64,000 nt of DNA, taken from assembly GCA_907165135.1 (NCBI GenBank), contig OU015569.1, positions 10,292,001-10,356,000 on the forward strand, read 5' to 3'. A program made the position numbers and the translations under genes. The stretch's first letter is position 1, and each line of letters begins with the position of its first letter. Shown here piece by piece: positions 1 to 22,794 of the stretch. This DNA comes from Oikopleura dioica (lineage: Eukaryota > Animalia > Chordata). The notes under the pieces are model-generated. The model had not been told where the DNA came from and ran no database searches. It was given only the letters and a program-made list of their open reading frames with translations.

Positions 1-169
1 GGCAGGAAATTCATCTTATCGCGATTTTGACACGGATCAATAGTTGAAAATCTAATCAAACAAGGGAACTAATCAACGCCTTTTTTTGAAAAAAAGTCAG
101 AGCTTTCACAACGGGGCGCCAAGACACGCGCCCGCCTCGGAAAAAGTCGGTGGGTGGGGAAAGGTTTCA

Positions 170-1270
170 ACCCGCCTCCAGCGCGAAACAGAGACATTCC
201 CAGCCACAGTCCGTTATCTCTAGACTCTCATTGGCAGAGAAGATAAACATATTGAGAGAAAAACAAGGGAGAGCGAGGAATTCCTTTTCATATGAAAGAA
301 TACAGAAGAAATGGCAATTTTGAGAGATTCTAGGACATTTTACTGAATCAATCTGAATGACATCATTCATCAATAATTAGTCATTGGAAATTTTGATATT
401 CTTAACTTCGGTAAAACCCTTCAGTGGAAAATATACCAACCTGGTGTGCCCAGCGAAACAATCCGAGAATCCGAGTTTTGCAGGTAGAAAGTGGTCTTTG
501 TTGGTGAGAAATAATCTCTTCAAATCGTTTTCAGACATCTCAACATGCGAAAGTATGATGTCGGGCCAGCACGACATGAGAAAAGTGACAGATCGAGTGA
601 TAAAGGATTATTCAAGGATGAAAGAGAAAGCTGCCCATTACAAGAAATCGGCGAAGGGATGGATTTCTAAAATTCAACTTGAACAAAGTTACTGGTCGTT
701 CAAGATCTATTTATTTTTGGAGACGGCTGAGAAGAACAGTTCTAAAAAGACGGATTAATAACAATAATCATAAAATATTAAAAAACGTGAGAGTCGATTT
801 GAAAAAGAATAGTTTACAAAATAGCTTCGAGAAAGCTAAGCACCGCTTAACAGTGTTCGATTGCAAGTCGTCCTTGAGCTATCAAAGGTTTTCGAGGACT
901 CCGAGCTGGCGATAAAGTATTTTTGTCCTCGGGTTATGCAAGCGTGCGTATTTCAAGCTAGAGTAATGGATTTTAATCTCTCTCTTATGTTCGCTTCCCG
1001 GTTCGTTGTTAGCTGGTTTGTGTTTTCTATCGTATTTTCTGGGGATTAGGGCGAGAGTTACTGAACGCGGGAGCACGTGGTGAGCCTGAGAAAGTTTAGA
1101 AATCACCGAAAAAACAGATCCATTTCGCCGAGTTGGAGAAAATCGCGATGCAGCAGAGGATGCAGCAGCGCCAGATCGACGAGCTTAGAAAAAGTAACCA
1201 GTTGCTTGGGGATTGGGTCTCAACATCTCGCTCTTGCTTATTTTCGGCGAATTAAATTTTCGATAAATTA
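170..1270 (+). CDS. Possible multi-exon hypothetical coiled-coil protein (fragments only; structure unresolved)
   Basis: Several protein-like open segments with plausible splice sites, e.g. ...RLSLAEKINILREKQGRAR... (~230-290), MMSGQHDMRKVTDRVIKDYSRMKEKAAHYKK (~555-655) and IHFAELEKIAMQQRMQQRQIDELRKSNQLLGDW (~1118-1215). No family recognised. Confidence 0.25.
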
Positions 1271-3517
1271 AACAGACTGAGACTTGCGCTTCTTGTTGCA
1301 TCAAGTAAGCTTGTTGATAGACGCGTGCTCTTTTAATTGATTTCACGTTGGGGAAAATCTTCAGCGCTCTTTGAACAATCGTACTTACAACATGATTACA
1401 AAACTAAATCCTCGAGACCCAAAACTAGTATGTTCTTGCTGCTGGTCAGTGTGCTGGTGCTCTTCTTTCTCTCAGGAATAGGCTTCGATCATGTTTGTCC
1501 AGGAAACGATTCCGCGGATTCAATTGAATCAATCGAAGCTGTAATTTAAAAGATTTCCAGCTTTCGCCCAACTCCAAAATTTACTGAAAAAAACAACCGT
1601 TTTGTCGAAGCCTAGCAAGGACTAACCTACCAAAGCCGAGGGGCTGCTCCAAGCCATTTCGTGTAACAATAATAAATCTTGCCAGACGTTCCATTCAATT
1701 TCGAAGTTTTTGGCGAATCATCGTAAACAAAATTCGTTATGCGCCAAAGCTGATGTCATCAGTTGTTGTTCTTGAGTTGTTTTGCAGGTGTTTTCCAACG
1801 TTGTTCTTATAAAGATTATGTTATTTTGTGAAAGTTCGTATTAACGTTTTTTTCAGTTGTGAAAGTAAATAGATCTGGATCAGCAGTTTGTGGAAACCTT
1901 GGTTGTTTCTTCGTTTTTTCTCTTCAGGGAAATGTTTTCGGGACTCGTTTCGGGCGAAGCATTTGTCTAATTCAATCATTTGCTGAAGCTGATTCAATAT
2001 CTCACGTAAGGGGAGATTAAGGGGATCATAATGGAGATTTAAATCGTGTGATTTTTTTCTCTGAAAAGGAACTTAAAAATTCAGAAAATGTTTTTAGCAA
2101 ATAAAGAAACCATTTCTGCTCAGAGTTTCTAAAAAGGGAGGGAGTACCCCAAGAATGTAATCAAAACAGCGCTTTGCTTGAAAAACAATTAAAGCTAGAC
2201 TCCCTTTTTTAGTATTTTACATAACAAGCTGACCCCTGGTTGGAATATAAGACAGAAGATGCTCCGTTTCCCACGACACGCAAAAAATTCCAAAAGAGGG
2301 TATAAATTATGCCTCGGCTTCTTGTACGCCGGAAAATACCAGCGCACTAGCCCGTGTATTAGAACACATCATTTTTCCCCTCTTTTTTGACGATAAATTG
2401 CCGGCTACGCCCTCGTTTCTAAAATTCATTGTCGCCGAAGATGATTTTCATGTTTTCGGCGAAAATTTCCATTTGTATGTTCGCTTCAATAATTAGCTAC
2501 AGCCTAGGAATGTTCTATAATCGTCTACTCTAGCCTAGCATCCCTCGCGTACTGAATTTCCAAGTGCTTCTTCGCTGAGCCGAGGGAGGGCAAAAGCATT
2601 TGTATTTCTTAAACGGAAGTCGCCGTCGGAATATCCTTCCCCGTCCTGTCTAAGAACGTTTAAGAACACTAGCCTACTAGAGGAGACTTGGAGATCTAGC
2701 CGGACTATACTTTGGCGCGATAAAGAGTAGATAGCCAGCCGCTATTAATAGTAATAACAAAAATGCGTGAAGAAAAGGATACAAACTGTTTCACCAAGGG
2801 AATTCGTATTTAGAGTAATTATTACTATCTTTTGCTGTTAAATTATGTTTGAGAAACATGTTTTAAGTATGATTCAATAGAAGTTGTTCCTTTCCCAAGT
2901 TTCCCAATTGCTCAATTAATTGATTTTTATGAATATCTAATACAGAATAATTATAATTATAAAGATCGATTGAGATTAAGATCGGGTAATCATTTGCCTG
3001 TTAGAGAGCTATTTCGCAAGTGTGAATGATTGACTCGTAAAATTCTTATCGCATGTGCGTTATCGACAAAAAACGTTACAGCGATACTATATCGGTAGAT
3101 TTTATCAACATGTGATGACAGCCTCGAAAGCAAGTTCTAAATCACCTGAGTTGGTTCACTGCAGTATTTTCATCAAAGATTCAAGACCTGCTACCTTCGA
3201 TAAGGAAAAAGAACACGCAACACTTGAATTACACCTAATGACACATTGCTATCAGGCCACAGGGACCACAAGTTGCACAAATAGCTTGTAGATTCGCGGT
3301 TTTCCTTCACTACCGGTTTCGGATAAGTATCCTTCATAAGGTTTAACAGGGCAATAAATACCTATTCCGATCTAGTGGCAAATTACCGTTAAACGAAAAA
3401 CCGCGCCTGAACTTGACAGCGGGAAAAACTCAGATTTAATCGTAACAGAAATCGCAAAAGGGGCGCCAAGGATAGTCCATCCTGGATGGCCATAAATAAA
3501 AAATAAGAGAAAAAAGA

Positions 3518-4172
3518 ATGCCACCAAAGAAAAGAAAATTGTCTGTTGTAAGCAAAGAGACAAGAGAACAACTTATAGAGTTCTTTGATGAAAATCCGTA
3601 CCCAAGCACACAAGAAAAGCAAAAACTCGCTTCTGATCTTGATATTCCGATCTCTTCTGTCAGCCAATGGTTCAATAAACGAAGATTTGATAAAAAGTGA
3701 GCTCAGAAAGACTCAAACTTTGAATCGAGTATATTCATTTAGGAAAAAGAATGAAACTCTAGGAACGAGCTTCACTGGAACCCCTCGTCGCGAGTCTGCC
3801 AGAACCTCTGCTCGAAAGGAAACCACTCCAGGGGACCAAATTTTGGAGAACGCAGCAAGTTCGCCGGAAAGCGACCTGAAGGCAGAAAAGCGATCTCGCT
3901 ACATGCGACTATTTAACGACCATAGAATGGCGAGCCGCGAGCATGCGCAGGACATCATGGATCTCCAAGAAGAAATCATGAGGCTTCAGCAAAAACTTGC
4001 AGAAAAGATGCGTCTCCACAAATCCGAGACGGAGATGATCGACAGAATCAAGGAGAACGCTCGCGTCGAGAATATCGAACTCTCAGAAAGTGATGACGAT
4101 CAATCGGAGGAAGAAGACAACATTGTCAGTTTGCTCAACATCAAAGGAGAATCTATTGACGCATATAACTAG
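3518..4172 (+). CDS. Divergent homeodomain protein with C-terminal coiled coil and acidic tail; 2 exons (3518-3696, 3743-4172)
   Basis: Exon 1 is MPPKKRK...LIEFFDENPYPSTQEKQKLASDLDIPISSVSQWFNKRR, with the homeodomain helix pattern. A 46-bp GT-AG intron (3697-3742) joins it in frame to ORF 3585-4172. AATAAA-like signal at ~4243. Confidence 0.8.
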
Positions 4173-4310
4173 AGCGAAAAACAAGAACAAGACAACAAGA
4201 AAATCTTTCAGTACAATAGTTTCTTCATCTGTTTTACCATAAATTAAATAAACTCAATAGAAGATCTGCCAAAAAATGAGTCTTTCTTGGCGAAGCAGAG
4301 CAACTGAGCC

Positions 4311-5439
4311 CAGGGATCCGAGATTTTGTCGTCTGGACGATCGCCCACTTTTCAGGCGCGATTTGAGTTATCGCGCAGGAGCTAAAATTCTGATCGCGCG
4401 CTCAAATGCGCAGCGTTTAGGCGCGATGGCAAAAACTCGCTCTCTCGGTGATGGGGCGATGAATTTCGATCGCGCAGCCCCATCAGGCCGACAAAAAATA
4501 CTCGCGCGTTCAAATGCGCAGCGTTCAAGCGCGATGGTATAAACTCGCTCTCTCGGTGAGGGGGCGATGATTTTCGATCGCGCAGCCATATAACGCCGAT
4601 AAATAATACTCACACGCTTCAAAATGGTCGAAAATCTGCCGAGCGGGAGTGCGATGGTGGCGCTTGGTTTCAATTTTGCCGACCTAGTCGGCGCACGAAT
4701 CAAATGATCAGCGTGAGATTGCTGACTAAGTTCACCGATTTTCTTGAAAATTCAATTTTTGGATGTCACATTGTTAACACTTTAATTCGACTAAGTTGTC
4801 CATCTCCTCATAAGAGAGCCGACAAACAAAATGTAAATTTGTACTGACCTCCCGCAACGTAACCTACAAATAAGTCATGCTAATCGCTGAGAGTGACTCT
4901 TGGCACCGGAAATGTGCGTAAAATCTGAGTATTTTTCAAAAGAAAAATTTTTAAGGTAATTGGATTTTGATGTTAAGCCAACTTATGACTGAAAAATATA
5001 TTTTTATTGGTTTTTGAACATGCAGATTTCGAAAATTTCATAAAAATTATATTGGATATATTTAAATCGCCTTTTTTCTTCTTCTAATTTTGGCTAAACA
5101 TCACGCGCCATCGTTTAATCGTGTAGCTTACTCCAAAATGACAGTTTTTATCGAGTATCAAGGGGTCCCCCCATGTTGAAATTTTCATGGGCGAAAATAT
5201 GGTGTCGCGCACAGCCAGGGTGGCCGAAAATAAGTTATCGCGCTCTCGGGCCCACCGCGATGAATAATCATCGCTCCTGAAGCGCGAGGGCGCAGGGAAG
5301 CCATCGGCATATTTTTGACTAATCCAGCCCGCCGATGGGAATTTTTCGCGCTGCGAGCCTAGCAGCGAAAATGATTGTCGCGCGCTGAAGAGGAGCGCTA
5401 GGTGCGCGATCGTCCAGACGACAAAATCTCGGATCCCTG
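4311..5439. mobile_element. Non-autonomous hAT-type DNA transposon (1129 bp)
   Basis: Perfect 34-bp TIRs (CAGGGATCCGAGATTTTGTCGTCTGGACGATCGC at 4311-4344, reverse complement ending 5439). Exact 8-bp TSD ACTGAGCC (4303-4310 and 5440-5447). Subterminal ~110-bp tandem repeats; no transposase ORF. Confidence 0.92.
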
Positions 5440-7250
5440 ACTGAGCCCCTATACTATTTGAGCACAAAACAGAGTAGCCACCAAATACCTCTTGAAAATG
5501 AAATACTTATGCATGTAAGTCACCCACTAGAAAAGTGGGATTTTAGAGCAAGGGTGATAAGAGCAAACTTATAATAAGAAAAAACGTGAGGAGCTCTGAT
5601 TGACGAACAGCCGAATGAAGATAGCGAAACCCAGTAGTTAATCTCCAGTGGTGCCAGTTATCACCCCTTGTCAAGGCGTCGTATTTCATTGATAGATCTT
5701 CTTTGACGAGTTCCTTCCTGCTCTTACGTTTTATTTGAAGTAACCCTAGTTTCTTAGATCACCAGAAATAAAGAAATTCAACAAGCAATTAAGTTATTAT
5801 TTGATTAACCCTTTTGGGTGGTTGCTGGACAGGCGACCCGTATTTAGAACGATCACAAATTGGAGAAAAAACAATTAATATCAGTATGGGCAACATTGTT
5901 AAATTGTATGCTGTGCTTATTTTAGAAAAACTTTTCGGAACACTCGTCGGCACTATCCATAATCAGATGAAGACAATTTGTCTATTTGGGGGTTAGTCAT
6001 CGACGTTCTCTTGAGTTTTATCCTTTGAGCTGGTCTCTAATTTGTATTGTAGTGAACCAAGGACAAAGTGTTATTCAAGTCTTATCTTTTTATACATTTT
6101 TAAGGGGAACAAATTGAGCAGTTTGGTCGAAACCAATTCGTCCGATTGTCGAATTGAAGTGGACATTGATCGTAAATAAAGAGAATACCACTGAAAATTT
6201 AATAAGAATGTGTAGAAAGAGATGCAATTAGAATGTAGCCTACGCTCCGAAAGCAATCGCAGAATAAGCTTTGTTAATACTTACCTAGATAAAAAAGAAT
6301 AACATTCAAGCTAAAAATATTTGAACAAAGGATATCCGGAACACAGGCATACATCCGATACACAATGATAAACGAGGTACCAAGGAAGCAATGCTAATTT
6401 AGTGCACGAATCACTGATTTAACTACATTTTTGTCCTTATCTATATTCAGGGAGAATTCAGTTTTGCCTAAAAATCGTCTAAAGAAGCGAGCAAGATCTG
6501 CTCAAATTCGACGAGATCAGCGAAGTCCCTTAATTCATATAGTACCCAAGTGCTCTCTTCGCTTCTAAATCCTAATTGTGCAGCAGTAAGCGTTTTCGCT
6601 GGCTTCATGTTTGATTCGGCTAACGGATTATGCACCTTGAAGAACGGTTACACCCTGCATTTGCTCTTGTGCTTTTGGAAAAGTGAGGAAACAAAAACTT
6701 TTCATAAAAGTTTTTTCATATGATGATTTTCATATTTACTGTTTTTATTGGAAATAGGTTTGAACAGATTTCGTTCTACGATGAAAGGTATGCGAATTCT
6801 CGGAACTCGAAAATGATGATAAATAAATCTCGTTGACAGAAAGATGTAAAACTTTGATTAGAAAAAATAGGCTGAAGTTAGCGAAAGACCTCGCGGGACT
6901 ATTCTAGTCCCTAAATACTCGTTTTTCGCTGCGGAAATTGACTGAAGAATATGTCAGCCCGAAGTGTGCAAATGAATCAGCATCTAGCGGTTGAGTTTCG
7001 ATATTTACAGGGTTTAAGAAGGAACATGAACTACTGCTATTCTATTAAGAGTACGCTGGAAAAAATCTGACGCGGAAAATTGCACTGAAAGGTGGTTGAA
7101 GAAAGGTAAAATTGTCACAATGACGGTAGAGATAGGGGCCGGCAGCCCGAATTGGAGAATGAAGGTTTTCCTTTTTTTTTGTCGATAACGAACACGAATT
7201 GCACCAACCAGTTGAAGTATTGCGGAATTTCTTCAGGAGAATTGAGAGGC

Positions 7251-16421
<9,171 letters not shown>

Positions 16422-16474
16422 TCCCCCTTCTTAAAAACACAAAATTCCAAAGAAGTAAAAAAAAAAGAGTTAAT
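16422..16474 (-). promoter_or_regulatory. Intercistronic spacer with putative SL trans-splice acceptor (MRPL10 to MAN1A)
   Basis: 53 nt between the stop and the next ATG; T-rich tract ending TTTTTAAG 8 nt before the ATG. Confidence 0.7.
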
Positions 16475-17690
16475 CTAAGCATCGTCGGACGCGTTATCAT
16501 TAAGATACTGTCCAAGCAGATCCGTCGTGCCACGTGAAGACTGGTCAAGAATACGGACGAGCTCCGAACTGCCAGAATTCTCGAGCATCGATACTAGTGT
16601 TTGTGCAGGCGATGACATTAATCCGAGCACTTGGCCCATTTCCTTCTCGAGCGAGAGTTTTGCCCACTCCAGAACGCCGCGCGGGGTATAACACTCGTCC
16701 TCAATCACGCCGCCCATTAGAACCATATACGGATGATTATCAATAGCTGTCAGTACTTTCTTCAGATTTTCTCTATCACCCTTCGTCACGAAGAACAAAT
16801 TGCTCTCTTCTCCTTCCTCAGCTCCCAAAAGCACTTGTTGAAGCGGCTTTAAATCGGGTCGTTTAGTGTTGATTAGACAGTGGACGATGTGATCGGGAAA
16901 TTTGACGATGTTCGCGCCGCTTTTCATCAGCTAAAAATCGTTTCTTTTTCTGAAAGCACATATTTCTTGCCTTAAACTTTTCGTCATAATAAATGTGCTC
17001 TTCCATTGTATCGCCAGGGTCGCCAGCCATCAGCACTAATCCCAGAAAACCGTCCTTCCTAAAGACACATAACTAGCCTTGCCGATAAGGAACACTCAAC
17101 TTACGTGGCTTGGAAAGCTTCTTCACACTTTCGAAGAAGAATGTTATCAGGCCCGTAGACTTCGGTAGCCTCGATCGCCTCGCCTAGCTTGGCGTTTGCT
17201 TCCAGATGCCGCGTCGAATACGGATGTTGCATTTCTTCCTCGTAATCTTAAACAAATGATTAAGATTGAACCAAAATCCCTTGTTCGATCTAAAAATGGA
17301 GACCGCGCTATTGCATGGAATTGAAGTAGCTTGCGGCTTTATGGCACTTATTGAGTCGTCTCAATGATCATTTGTACCTGGGAAGTGGTGCTCCGTGGGA
17401 TAGTGCGGCTGAGTGATCTCATTCAGCAACACTTCTTCTTTGTGCAGCATGTAGAGCTGTCGCTGGCGTTGGTTTTTCCTCCGTATCGGGTATTTTCGCG
17501 GGTGCGCTGTTCGCATATCCTACAATTAACATGTTGGAGCTCGCAGATTGCGTTTAGAGGGTTCTTTATTATGAAGTCAAATCCCTGGAATGACTGTTCA
17601 GTGCTTAAAACTTACATGCGAGGAGTCGACTTGATAAGACCTAGCTGAGGAAAGCGAAGGCACCGACCTGCGCAGACCGATCCGATACAT
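16475..17690 (-). CDS. MRPL10: Mitochondrial ribosomal protein uL10m, ~5 exons
   Basis: Presequence-like MYRIGLRRSVPSLSSAR. C-terminal LMGGVIEDECYTPRGVLEWAKLSLEKEMGQVLGLMS matches the remembered MRPL10 segment [25 protein letters not shown]. One GC-AG intron (AAG|GCAAG). Confidence 0.8.
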
Positions 17691-18015
17691 GCTAGAACGG
17701 CGATACTGTTAATCGAAATATTATTCTTGCAGTGCCAATAGAATTAATCTATAGCTGTCAGCAGAAAGTGTTTGCTTAAGAGTTTTGCCGTCGCTATCAG
17801 TAATCGATAAAACGTCGGAAATGTCGAGAGAGTTTTTGACAGCGTAACGAAGCTTCAGTCGGTTCGTGAACAGTGAGCTAGTTCAAATAACTCGTTGGAT
17901 GACCTCGAGAGAAAATAATCCCTGATTGATACTCTAAGGCAACGGGAAAATCAAATCAGGGCAATTCGATTTGCCGTGAAAATTTTTAACCAAAAAATAG
18001 CTCTTTTATTTTTAT

Positions 18016-21000
18016 TCAATTTTCCCGGTGCTCAATTAAAACGCGCACTGCATCAAAACACCTTTCTCGGTCTCCAGCACTCATGATGAATTATTACGGA
18101 AGGAAAGGTGCGGAGCGATTACGTTCCCGAGTTTCAAAATAAAAATTATCGACCTGGAATCCTTTCAACTGATCTCCCAGTATCCCAAGAAACTCAGGAT
18201 ACTTAGGAGAAATCAATTTTTTTTAAAATTCTTATTAATGAAGAAGCTCTTTTGTTCAGGACCCGTCCCAATTCGGCAACTTGAAGTTCTTCTAGCCTTT
18301 TATCTACATTCTTAGCCGCGTGAAAGACTGTTCCAACAGTGCGGTTCATTTTGTCAAACGCTATTTTTTCTCCAACAGCACTTGAAAGCAAAAATCTCGT
18401 TGAAAGAATTGCTCCGGACAAAAGTGCATCGACAAGGGGAGTATGGCCATTTGCGTCCCGTTCGTTGATATTAATTTTTGAGTGCTTGACGACTTCTAAC
18501 GCCTTCGGTAATTCCTTCATCGCCAAAAGGTGTAACAGAGTTTTTCCATATTTGTTCCTTATTGTAAGATCCGCAGAGTTATCTTTGTCGGGCTCAATAG
18601 AATCGTTATTTGATGAAGAAAGAAAAAATTATGACCGATGGCCTACACTAGGATTCCTAGTAGGAAGGCCACTATTGTAAGATATTGCTTTAGCAACAAA
18701 GTGTATCCTTTAGCCGACGCCTGAAGCGGATTTTAAAAATCTCAAAAAATCGCCGTCGGATTGATCGACAACGAGGGCAGCTTCCATCAGCGGCGTGTTT
18801 CCAAAGCTATTCTGAGCGTTAATAACGCCCCCGTTAATCTCTAGGATCAGCTCAAAGGCGGCGAGGTCGCTGAAAAGTTGGCTAGAATACGATGTTATCA
18901 AAGACGTACTTGATGCAAGCTGCTATGTGCGCCGCGTTCATCCCTTCGTTCGTCATCGCTTCTGCCCGGGCCTTATTATCCAACAAAATTCGTGCGTTTT
19001 CGTGGTATTTGGAGGCAACTGCACGAACAAGAGCCGTCGCGCCTAAATGACTTCGTCATCCCTTGTCATGCAAAATACAAGATTTTCCCGTTCAAAACCT
19101 CACTTTCCGATGTTTTGGGTGATGAATAATGTATTTACCTAATGAATCTTTGGTCTCTAAAAGCTCGCGCAAGAGAGGCAGGTATTTCCGAAGTGCGGCC
19201 GGGTCATTTTGGGTGGCCATGATGTGGAGAACCGTTTCGCCACTCACGTTGGTGACGCTTTTATCCAGCTCCGGATGAGATATCAGAAGCTCCAGCGCTC
19301 TTGGATGTCGACTGACAGGGGTTAAGTACTCGCATTGAATTTAAATGAACGGTCTAAGCAAAGAAAAACCCTCGCCCAGCCGCTGTTAAAGGATACTCAA
19401 TGTCTCCAACGCCGCAATTTACATCACACGAGGAATTCGAGAGTAGCCAGGAAGCAAGTTCTGTCTTCTCATCGATTATACTCAGGATCAGGAGAGTTGA
19501 TTTAGCTCTAGGAGCGATCTTTAACACGCAGCTGAAGGAATAATACCCAGAATGCACTTACTCTGATGATTCGATTGACATCGAAGCCTCTTTCAACGAG
19601 CTCGGGGAAGATTTGGAGCTGGCATTTGATCGGCTGGAGGTATAGTTCCATGATCAACTCATCACTTATCCAATTCGAACCGTTCAGCTTTGAGATCAAA
19701 TAACTCATCAGTTCTATTGGTGATGATTCGCCAATTTTTCTTTGTTCCAAGTTCATTTTTCTCTAGCAAGACATTTCACGAAACCTATCTAACGAGATCA
19801 TATCTACTGATTTTCCGCTGTAAGCACATCACCATTCCTGTATTTCCACTACGGATCGCCAAGATGAGTGTGTTTTCGCTGAAGAACGGATGCTTCTTTA
19901 GAATCTCTCTCGTAATAACTTCATGATCATCTCTTTCGCCGTCCAAATTTTTCGGCAGTGAGGAAAGAAGACTATCTGACAAACCGGATGACAATTTAAA
20001 AATGAAAAGAAGCCAAAGTTATTATTAATTTTAACGATTGCAACCCAAAACGATATGATTCTTCGTTTTGGTCAAGTTGCCCTGACTTGCAGCACCTGGA
20101 AGGGTTTGCGTCTTAGCTGAGGTTAGATTTTTGGTCAAAATATTTGTCGAAAGGAAACTTTTGCTAACCACATCGCAGTTGATAATATCCGAGGCCGCCT
20201 ACCATCGCCAAACCAGCGGTCGCAAAACGTAATCCGCTGCCTATCACGGATCTCGCCCTGCCCCCGACACGATTCATCGTTCTAGCAATCTTCAAAGTGA
20301 ACGAATTTGAAATAGTTTGAACGGGCGGGAAATCGCGTTTTTAGGACATTCATGAACAGAAATTATTATCTCAAAACAAGGTCTTAGGCAAGAGTCCCTC
20401 TTTCTCCAGATATCCTTCAAGATAGTTGAGAATTTGCATTCGATCGGAGTCGCGCTGCTCGTCTCGCCGCATTTGATAAACACTGAAAATGCAGTAACTT
20501 GTCACATTTCAGTTTGGAAAGCGCGACAGGCCACGGAGGCGCGCATCCGAAATTCTCAACATGACAACTTACAGCGCTTCAGCCATACCAACAGCAGTTT
20601 CACCGCCGGGTCCAAGTGCTAAAATATCAGCCCCATTCTCGACGAGGAATTTCGTCGACTTTAAAGCCCCGTCAGATACGGCATGATGCAATCGTGTGTA
20701 CCCTTGCCCCGTTCTCATGTTCACGTCGAATTTATCAGCAGCCACAAGTGCATCCTTTATCAAATTAGCTTTGCAATGGATGGAGAGCTCAATCTTTCTC
20801 AATCTGTACATAAGTTCGAGTAGAAAATTCCAGTTCCTGAATAAATGTTCTCTTGTTTTAGTGCCATTCCGAGCGCATCAACAGAATCTTCAGCAGTTGC
20901 CAACAAGTCGATATCTTTTTGCTCCAAAAGCCACTGTAAAACATCTCGCGAATCGGTCCACGCTGCCAGATGCAAAGGAGTGAGATTGTTAAAGTAGCTA

Positions 21001-21982
21001 GAGAAGAGTGGATGAGTTTCGCATTTTCGCCCGAATTAGCTAACCTCAAGTTGAGTATGCTACTGGCCTGCTCGCGAGTGAAACAAGTTTGGAATAACAA
21101 AACAGGAGACATAAGAAAAATAAAGCTCCAGCCGCGCGGTTTTGACTGGCATGAATTTATTGAAATATCTTCGGATTTACTTTTGTCGCCATTCGCTTGT
21201 AACGCTTTTGCAAGATCTACACGGTTGTTGGCCGCAATCCAATGGAAAACAGAGAATCCATCTTAAAGTATTCTTGGATTAAAATCTGGACGTATTTGCT
21301 TTAAATTTTGTCTATTTAAATGTTTTAGGCTCTTGGAAGCCGCGGCGCTCCTTGGAAATAAACCGCCATATCAAATTGTATAATTTTTTTGGGGATTTCA
21401 TAAAAAAATCATAAGCCTGTTAACGCTACGTTTTCAGAAGAAATGCTCGTTTTCATGTTTCTCGAGAGCCAAGAATTCAATTACCTGTATCTGTGATAAA
21501 AGAAGATCTAGAGACAAATTTGAAGAGGTCTTCGAAGTCTGCTTCTGCGTTACTCAGCTTTGAAAGGAACTCTTCTTCACTACATCCTGCCCGAGCACTT
21601 ATGACCAAAAGTTGACAGTAGGACTTATACAAGAAGTAGCCATAGAGAACATAAAGACACAAGGATAACCACAAAAAGACAGGTTTCTGGGAGAGTCGGT
21701 CCTTTACAACGATAGAGCCTTTGTCCTGTTTATTTTTAAAATAAGCTAAAACCCGAAAAATCGGAAATAAAAATCAGCGACAATTGTTTTCACATTGATA
21801 ATAAACGTTCCTGCTCCGGTTATTGCCGTTCTATTAGGGAGGTTTTGCATAAGATGTGTTGGCTGCTGCAGTTGCGCTAGTTTTGTGAGCTTTTCCGCCT
21901 CAACTACCTCGGCAAGTTTGCCGCTGGAGAGTCTTTTTGACAAACAGAAACGCGCAACTGCGAGGCGAGCGTGTAAGGCCAT
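18016..21982 (-). CDS. Multi-ankyrin-repeat protein with presequence-like N-terminus and one TM segment; exon joins partly unresolved
   Basis: About ten or more ankyrin-type motifs (FSVFHWIAANN, LTPLHLAAW, YTRLHHAV...LVENGAD, GETVLHIMA, GATALVRAV, GMNAAHIAA, GNTPLMEAA, GHTPLVDAL). N-terminus MALHARLAVARFCLSKRLSS; hydrophobic PVFLWLSLCLYVLYGYFLY. Confidence 0.75.
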
Positions 21983-22255
21983 TCTGAATTGATCTTCTAC
22001 TGCACTGAGCTGGAAAAGAATGACAACAAAAAATCGTCGCTTCCATCCTTTGTGATTTCAAAGAGCTGGAAGTTCACGGAAGTCAACTAAGTCGATTATT
22101 TTATTTGGAATTGCACTTTAATGAAGCTCGCGCTCTAGGAGACAGTTTGAATATAAATTTGCGTGAGAAGCCACATGATGGTGTTAGTAGAACCTTAGAG
22201 CAGCTATCACTGTTTAATCAGGAGGAAAAAGAGGAAATAAACCTAAGACGACTAT

Positions 22256-22630
<375 letters not shown>

Positions 22631-22794
22631 TCTCTTTTCTGACAAGTCTGAAAAAGATAAAAACATAAGTCGCGAGTAATTTAAAAGTAAGGAAAGGCTG
22701 GAATCTATGTAAAGGCGGCAGTGATAGATTAATCCAGTTTCAGGCAATTTTCCTAACAGTGAATGAAGAAACAATGGTGGTTAAGCTTTTAGTT

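Noticed and set aside
200-330. RLSLAEKINIL... resembling a pogo/CENP-B HTH-psq N-terminus
   Set aside because: The similarity is short, a stop follows, and I saw no DDE domain or TIRs.
4276-5467. ORFs 4276-4542, 4368-4703 and 5084-5467 as a transposase or genes
   Set aside because: They run through GC-rich subterminal repeats of the hAT element and show no transposase motifs.
6277-6286. ATACTTACCT as a U1 snRNA 5' end
   Set aside because: No U1 stem-loops or Sm site follow; it is simply the reverse complement of a splice-donor-like sequence.
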